A stretch of DNA of 64,000 nt from Candidatus Woesearchaeota archaeon (GTDB taxonomy: Archaea > Nanobdellota > Nanobdellia > SCGC-AAA011-G17 > GW2011-AR20), in assembly GCA_018303025.1 (NCBI GenBank), contig JAGVYZ010000014.1, forward strand, positions 21,145 to 85,144. The letters run 5' to 3'. A program made the position numbers and the translations under genes. This document shows, piece after piece, positions 59,335 through 64,000 of this stretch (its first letter is position 1; each line of letters opens with the position of its first letter). The notes beneath the pieces are model-generated. The model searched no databases. It saw nothing but the letters and a program-made list of their open reading frames with translations, and was not told the DNA's origin.

Positions 59335-60405
59335 CTAATTGTCTCCATGCTTTTTAATGATTATGTTGCCTCTTTCAACTTTTATTGTTACTTCATCTTC
59401 TGAAGTGAATCCTGATAATTTTGTTATTAATGAGTCTAATCTTATTCTTCCTAATTTTACATCTAGATTAGCTATAACTTCTTTTGGACCTGGCTGATTT
59501 ATGTCGTGAATAATTCTTGAATAGTTATTTTCTTTTTTAGATGCTGCAAACTTAGAAGATTGTTCAAACAGGTATTTACAGATTTCACCTGCAACATCTT
59601 TTTTTGTTGCTTCTGTTATTCCTTTTAATCCAGGACTAGCGTTTACTTCTATTACTAATGGTTTTAATCCCTGCAAAATATCAACTGCGCAAACATCTGC
59701 ATGAATTGCTCTAGCACTTTTAATTGCAAGTTCTTTTGCTTCTTCTGTTAAGGTAATTGCTTTTCCTTTTCCACCTGCATGAATATTTGCTCTTAATTCT
59801 CCTCTAGCTGAACTTCTTTCCATTGAAGCTATTACTTCATCGCCTGTTACAATTGCTCTTATGTCTTTACCATCTGTATCTATGAAATCCTGAATAATAT
59901 AGGCTTGCCTGAATATTTCTAATGTATCTAAGATTGAAGATGCTGAACTTCTTGAATCAGCAAACATAACTCCTTTTCCATGAGTTCCTGAGGGCAATTT
60001 TATTATAGCTGGATAATGAATTCTTTTAATTAATTCTTTTGCTCTTTTTGTTGTTGCTGCCAAATATGTTCTTGGCATGTCTACTTTTAATTTTTGCAAA
60101 TATAATTGTGTTAAGAATTTATCATGAGCAATTGTAAAAGATTCAGGAGCTAAAGGCATATATGCTTTTTTGTTTAATATTTCAGTTATACTCCTTAAGA
60201 TTAAAGCATATTTGGATGAACCTCTGCAATAAATACAATCATAATCCTTTAATGGCTCGTCTTCATAAAAAATTTCAGCTTTTTCCCTGACAACTATTTC
60301 AATATGCCTTAAATCTAATGCATCAACTTCTGAGAAATATTTTTTAGAAGCTTCTATCAACATATTGCTACTATTACTCTTTAAACTGATTATTGCTAGT
60401 TTCAT
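59335..60405 (-). CDS. rimK: RimK-family ATP-grasp ligase (alpha-L-glutamate ligase-like)
   Basis: ATP-grasp fold of about 356 aa, including a C-terminal extension. Confidence 0.65.
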   Translation of the reverse strand: MKLAIISLKSNSSNMLIEASKKYFSEVDALDLRHIEIVVREKAEIFYEDEPLKDYDCIYCRGSSKYALILRSITEILNKKAYMPLAPESFTIAHDKFLTQLYLQKLKVDMPRTYLAATTKRAKELIKRIHYPAIIKLPSGTHGKGVMFADSRSSASSILDTLEIFRQAYIIQDFIDTDGKDIRAIVTGDEVIASMERSSARGELRANIHAGGKGKAITLTEEAKELAIKSARAIHADVCAVDILQGLKPLVIEVNASPGLKGITEATKKDVAGEICKYLFEQSSKFAASKKENNYSRIIHDINQPGPKEVIANLDVKLGRIRLDSLITKLSGFTSEDEVTIKVERGNIIIKKHGDN

Positions 60406-60722
60406 TTTCTAGGATCTATAAGAAAGCCAAGTTTTTTAAGTGTTCTTTTTCCTAACAAAACCTTGTATTTTAATTTTGATCTAGAAACTACAGATAATTC
60501 AGCCCTTATAGCTCTTCCTTTTAGTCTTATTAATGCTTTTACTGTTGGTCTGATTGATTTGCCATGAGCACTTTTTATTCTTCTAAAACCAATTATTGGG
60601 CCTAAGTTTAATCTAGAAGCTGATTTTAAATCAATACAGCTTGAATCTGCACCTGTATCAATCTTAGCTAAAAATTCCTTTCCACCTATGTTTATTTTTT
60701 CAATTAATCCGAGGGTTACCAT
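60402..60722 (-). CDS. DUF785-type putative ATP-dependent zinc protease / retropepsin-like domain, frequently paired with RimK
   Basis: Has KIDTGADSSCI aspartic-protease-like motif. 4-nt overlap with rimK. Confidence 0.5.
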   Translation of the reverse strand: MVTLGLIEKINIGGKEFLAKIDTGADSSCIDLKSASRLNLGPIIGFRRIKSAHGKSIRPTVKALIRLKGRAIRAELSVVSRSKLKYKVLLGKRTLKKLGFLIDPRK

Positions 60723-60802
60723 GATATTTAAAATATATGTTCTTAAGGTTATAAACGTTTCCTATAACATAGTTTTATTAATTTTTTTATTATTGTTTTT
60801 TA

Positions 60803-61321
60803 ATGGGATTTAGTTTTAATTTTAGAGAGGTTGGAAGTGAACGAGATGTTAGAGAAGTAATAGACTTTTTAGCTTCGCAACCTTTAGGATATCCAAATTA
60901 TCCTGATTGGGTACAAAGAACAGAAGCTGAGTTATTCTCTGGATATAAACAAGCTGTTCTTGCTTATAATGAAGGAACATTAGTTGGTGATATTGTTCAT
61001 CAGCCTCATAAATATATTCCAAGAGTTAGAGAAATAAAAAATATTAGGGTTCATCCTGATTTACGAGAAAGAGGTTTTGCAAGGTTTATGCTAAGACAAG
61101 TAGAGGTTGATGCTAGAGATGGAAATGAAGCTGTTGTTGTTGACACAAGAAAATCTAATGATGAAATGATTGAATTTTTAAAAAGATGTGGATATTTTCA
61201 TTTGATTACTGTTTCTTTATATGATTCAACTGAAGAAGATATTACATTCATAAGACCTTTAACCAGAAGAGAAGGATTAATTGAAAGAGTAAGTGCTGAT
61301 TTTGTTAATAATTTAAGATAA
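60803..61321 (+). CDS. GNAT-like acetyltransferase (tentative)
   Basis: Block VHPDLRERGFARFML fits the GNAT motif A pattern. 172 aa. Confidence 0.4.
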   Translation: MGFSFNFREVGSERDVREVIDFLASQPLGYPNYPDWVQRTEAELFSGYKQAVLAYNEGTLVGDIVHQPHKYIPRVREIKNIRVHPDLRERGFARFMLRQVEVDARDGNEAVVVDTRKSNDEMIEFLKRCGYFHLITVSLYDSTEEDITFIRPLTRREGLIERVSADFVNNLR

Positions 61322-61361
61322 AAAAAGCTAGGTTTAAAAATTTATTTAATTTATTCTTTAA

Positions 61362-61631
61362 ATGAGAAATATGCCTAAAGATGAATTTTTAAGGAAATTG
61401 GGAGAACAAGATTTTGAATTTGTAGTTAATGATATTAGATATCAGTTATATCAGTATAAATCAGGGGAAATAAATCATAAGAGAAATAATGTACTAAGTG
61501 TATTAAATCTTATAAGTGATAGAAGATATGCAAAATTTGGAGATTATATGAAGGAAGATGTAAGGGAAGATTCTAAATTTCAAAATGATTTATATGCTTT
61601 ATTCATAAATGGAGCTTTTTTAATGACTTAA
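61362..61631 (+). CDS. Hypothetical small protein
   Basis: 89-aa ORF. Its placement is conserved-looking but I recognise no family. Confidence 0.35.
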   Translation: MRNMPKDEFLRKLGEQDFEFVVNDIRYQLYQYKSGEINHKRNNVLSVLNLISDRRYAKFGDYMKEDVREDSKFQNDLYALFINGAFLMT

Positions 61632-61673
61632 TCAAATCAAAAAAAATATAAACAATATTTCAAAGTAAATAAT

Positions 61674-62075
61674 GTGAAAACAATAATATTAGATACTAAT
61701 TTCCTGTTAATGTATGAAAAGTATAAGATAGATATCTTTTCTGAAATAGATAGAATATGTGATTTTCCTTATGAACTGGCTATTATTGATAAAACAATAG
61801 ATGAACTAAAGGGCAAGAAAGGAGAGAGAATTGCTTTAAAATTACTTGAAATCAAGAAGGTAAAGGTTATAAAGACAAATAAAGAGGGTTCTGTAGATAA
61901 GATTTTAAAAGAGCTTTTCTTTACGAAAGAAAACTTCGGAAAAGAAACACCAAAAGAGTTAAATTTAAAAAACATTATAATTGCAACTAATGATAGGTTA
62001 TTAATGAAAGAGTTGAAAATGCCTGTAATTAGATTAAAACAAAAAAAATATTTAATGATAGAAAATGTTTTATGA
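61674..62075 (+). CDS. PIN-domain protein of the type conserved upstream of archaeal rpoE'
   Basis: Has the N-terminal IILDTNFLL PIN signature. Overlaps the rpoE' start. Confidence 0.55.
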   Translation: MKTIILDTNFLLMYEKYKIDIFSEIDRICDFPYELAIIDKTIDELKGKKGERIALKLLEIKKVKVIKTNKEGSVDKILKELFFTKENFGKETPKELNLKNIIIATNDRLLMKELKMPVIRLKQKKYLMIENVL

Positions 62076-62673
62076 AACCACTGTAAAAGCACATATTAGA
62101 GTACCTCCAACTGACTTTGATAAAGACAAAGAAGAGGCTGTTCTTAATCAGATAAATGAAAATTATCATGATTTTGTTTCTAAAGACATAGGAATAGTTA
62201 TTGGTGTTAAAGATATTGTAAAAATAGGAGAGGGTGTTATTATTCATGGAGATGGCGCTGCTTATTATGATACTGTATTTACCTTAATCATATTCAAACC
62301 AGAATTACAAGAGATTGTTTTAGGAAACATAACTGAAATTACTGATTTTGGTGCTTTTGTCAATATTGGACCAATTGATGGTATGGTTCATATAAGCCAG
62401 ACAATGGATGATTTTGTTAGTTTTTCAAAAAGCAATGTTTTAAGTGGAAAAGAAAGCAAAAGAGTCTTAAAACAAGGCGATATATGTAGAGCTAGGATAA
62501 TTGCTGTTAGCTTTAAAGAAGCTGAACCTAAAATAGGTTTAACAATGAGACAGACTACTTTAGGCAATATTAAATGGCTGGAAGAAGACATTAAAAAACA
62601 GCAAAAATCAGCTGAGAAAGAAGAGAAACCTGTTCAGAAAAAAGAGAAGAAAAAGGAAAAGAAGCTTTCTTAG
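62065..62673 (+). CDS. rpoE: DNA-directed RNA polymerase subunit E' (Rpo7/RpoE)
   Basis: N-terminal Rpb7-like domain (MFYETTVKAHIRVPP) plus a C-terminal S1 domain, with a Lys/Glu-rich tail. Confidence 0.8.
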   Translation: MFYETTVKAHIRVPPTDFDKDKEEAVLNQINENYHDFVSKDIGIVIGVKDIVKIGEGVIIHGDGAAYYDTVFTLIIFKPELQEIVLGNITEITDFGAFVNIGPIDGMVHISQTMDDFVSFSKSNVLSGKESKRVLKQGDICRARIIAVSFKEAEPKIGLTMRQTTLGNIKWLEEDIKKQQKSAEKEEKPVQKKEKKKEKKLS

Positions 62674-62702
62674 AAAGAAACCTTCAGGAAAGAAAAAAGA
62701 AA

Positions 62703-62888
62703 ATGGCAAAGAAAGCATGTAGGAAGTGTAAGATGATAACTGACCAACCAAAATGCCCTAATTGTCAATCAGAATTATTTAATGATAGTTTCAAGGGAAA
62801 GATATTTATTGTAAACCCTGAGAAATCAATAATAGCTGCTAAGATTAAAGCAAAAGTTGAAGGAGAGTATGCTATAAAATCACGATGA
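62703..62888 (+). CDS. spt4: Transcription elongation factor Spt4 / RNAP subunit E''
   Basis: 61 aa with a zinc ribbon (CRKCKMITDQPKCPNC). Its position after rpoE' follows the conserved archaeal synteny. Confidence 0.7.
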   Translation: MAKKACRKCKMITDQPKCPNCQSELFNDSFKGKIFIVNPEKSIIAAKIKAKVEGEYAIKSR

Positions 62889-62949
62889 AGCTTTTTTCTT
62901 GCAAAGAAAAAATCTTCGATAAAAAAGAAGCATAATCCAAAGGAAGAAA

Positions 62950-63243
62950 ATGAAAGCAATAGAAAAGAAAGAAAACAGTTTATTGGGAAGAAGTGAATAT
63001 ACTTTAGAGTTTGAGAGCAAGGGAAAGACAATGAGCAAGGAAGAAGCTTTGAAGAAATTAGTTGAGAATTTTAAAGCTAATCCTGAAACAAGCATTATTA
63101 AGTTCATAAGAAATGATTATGGAAAAGAGTCAGGTATAATAAAAGCTTATGTTTATCATGATAAAGAGAGATTTGATGCAATTGAAAAATTCAGAAAAAA
63201 AGCAAAGAAGGTAAAAGATGCCAAAAAAGAAAGTAAAGAATAA
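62950..63243 (+). CDS. rps24e: 30S ribosomal protein S24e
   Basis: Recognised from the S24e fold sequence (SLLGRSEYTLEFESKG...) and from synteny. Confidence 0.75.
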   Translation: MKAIEKKENSLLGRSEYTLEFESKGKTMSKEEALKKLVENFKANPETSIIKFIRNDYGKESGIIKAYVYHDKERFDAIEKFRKKAKKVKDAKKESKE

Positions 63244-63403
63244 GAAGCCATCTCAAAGATGGAAGAAGTACAAAATAGAAGGAAGTTCTGTAAAGAGAGC
63301 TAAAACATGCCCTAAATGCGGTGCTGGTTATTTCTTAGCAGAGCATAAAGACAGACTCTATTGTGGAAACTGCCATTATTTAGAAACCAAAACCAAGCAG
63401 TGA
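63218..63403 (+). CDS. rps27ae: 30S ribosomal protein S27ae
   Basis: Zinc ribbon CPKCGAGYFLAEHKDRLYCGNCHY. Confidence 0.75.
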   Translation: MPKKKVKNKKPSQRWKKYKIEGSSVKRAKTCPKCGAGYFLAEHKDRLYCGNCHYLETKTKQ

Positions 63404-63433
63404 GATTTTCTAAAGAAAATTAAGCAAAGAAGA

Positions 63434-63463
63434 AGAAATACATTATTTCTACTTTTTTATTTT
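63434..63463 (+). terminator. Hairpin (AGAAATA-CAT-TATTTCT) followed by an 11-nt T-tract downstream of rps27ae
   Basis: Read directly. The stem, loop and oligo-T follow the stop of the last + strand gene. Confidence 0.45.
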
Positions 63464-63510
63464 AATTACCTAAAAGGATTTTTAATTTTCCTGCTTAATT
63501 CTTGAGAATA

Positions 63511-63876
63511 TTATCTATATGCTAAATAAGCTGCATCTAATGCTTCTAAAGAAGATTTATCATTTTTTTCTAATTCTTCTCTTGTATAAGCTCTTTCACC
63601 AGTTTTATCACTAATTATCACTTTATCAAAAACACTATCATACATACTTTTTCCTGTAAATACATCTATTCCACCAGGGTTATTCATTATTGTATAATTA
63701 TTGCCTGTTTTAGAATCTATTAAATGTACACTTCTGTATGAACTTGGAAGTTGATTACTTTGTACAAGATTTTCTCTTTCTATGCTTAATTTTAATCCAT
63801 TAGAACAACCAGTTAAACTGCCTAAGACTAATGCTGTTATTGTTACTATTGACTTTAATGTTGTTTTTGCTCTCAT
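63511..63876 (-). CDS. Small secreted putative lipoprotein
   Basis: Signal peptide with LTGCSNG lipobox-like motif. Confidence 0.4.
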   Translation of the reverse strand: MRAKTTLKSIVTITALVLGSLTGCSNGLKLSIERENLVQSNQLPSSYRSVHLIDSKTGNNYTIMNNPGGIDVFTGKSMYDSVFDKVIISDKTGERAYTREELEKNDKSSLEALDAAYLAYR

Positions 63877-64000
63877 TTTTTAGCTTCTTTTTGAATATAA
63901 ACCCAAAAAGATAAGCCACAAGGACTTATCCTTCTGGGAAAAAGAGGTGATATAATAGGTACAAACTTAGAGTATTTAAATCTTTCGGTTGTATTAATTT

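Noticed and set aside
1-64000. tRNA, rRNA, CRISPR arrays, insertion sequences, integrases
   Set aside because: Intergenic regions are short, mostly under 120 bp, and none shows cloverleaf-compatible structure, regularly spaced repeats with unique spacers, or terminal inverted repeats with transposase-like ORFs. The only long spacer (57795..58159) has no such structure.

Overview
This is an AT-rich (~28-30% GC), gene-dense archaeal window. The archaeal assignment rests on the rpoE'-spt4-rpS24e-rpS27ae block at 62-63.4 kb, an AglB/STT3 oligosaccharyltransferase carrying the WWDYG motif, an AglH-like initiating transferase and a form III RuBisCO next to a ribose-1,5-bisphosphate isomerase. The coding style and gene content look like a small-genome anaerobic (DPANN-like) archaeon, but that is inference from sequence alone. 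About 50 kb (727 to ~51950) is one very large protein-glycosylation / cell-surface glycan island. It holds at least 14 GT2/GT4 glycosyltransferases, three GT-C-type membrane glycosyltransferases, two MOP-type flippases and nucleotide-sugar pathways: CDP-hexose RfbF/RfbG with a DegT aminotransferase, a HddA/HddC-like kinase and nucleotidyltransferase pair, and SDR epimerases. It also holds a carbamoyltransferase, three SAM methyltransferases and five radical-SAM enzymes (four cobalamin-binding class B, one SPASM/twitch). The most interesting part sits at the 5' edge of the island. Three translationally coupled genes encode a cytidylyltransferase-PEP-phosphomutase fusion, a phosphonopyruvate decarboxylase and an iron alcohol dehydrogenase. 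This is the early fosfomycin-pathway architecture (Fom1/Fom2/FomC) that makes cytidylyl-2-hydroxyethylphosphonate. A 526-aa B12-radical-SAM enzyme (Fom3-like candidate) and a CDP-alcohol phosphotransferase lie elsewhere in the island. I propose the island decorates an AglB-dependent N-glycan with a CMP-activated, possibly C-methylated, hydroxyalkylphosphonate; this is a hypothesis to test. Other points: an RHH-nucleotidyltransferase-like fusion next to a perfect 19-bp palindrome, a partly gene-converted GT2 paralog pair, one compositionally foreign gene, and a 30-bp tandem repeat with a recurring CTGAAGGTTTT motif. The right-hand 12 kb is housekeeping or unassigned: form III RuBisCO, ribose-1,5-bisphosphate isomerase, a DUF234-type ATPase, RimK/DUF785, secreted LTD and lipoproteins, and RNA polymerase and ribosomal genes. 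I found no tRNA, rRNA, CRISPR array or mobile element.
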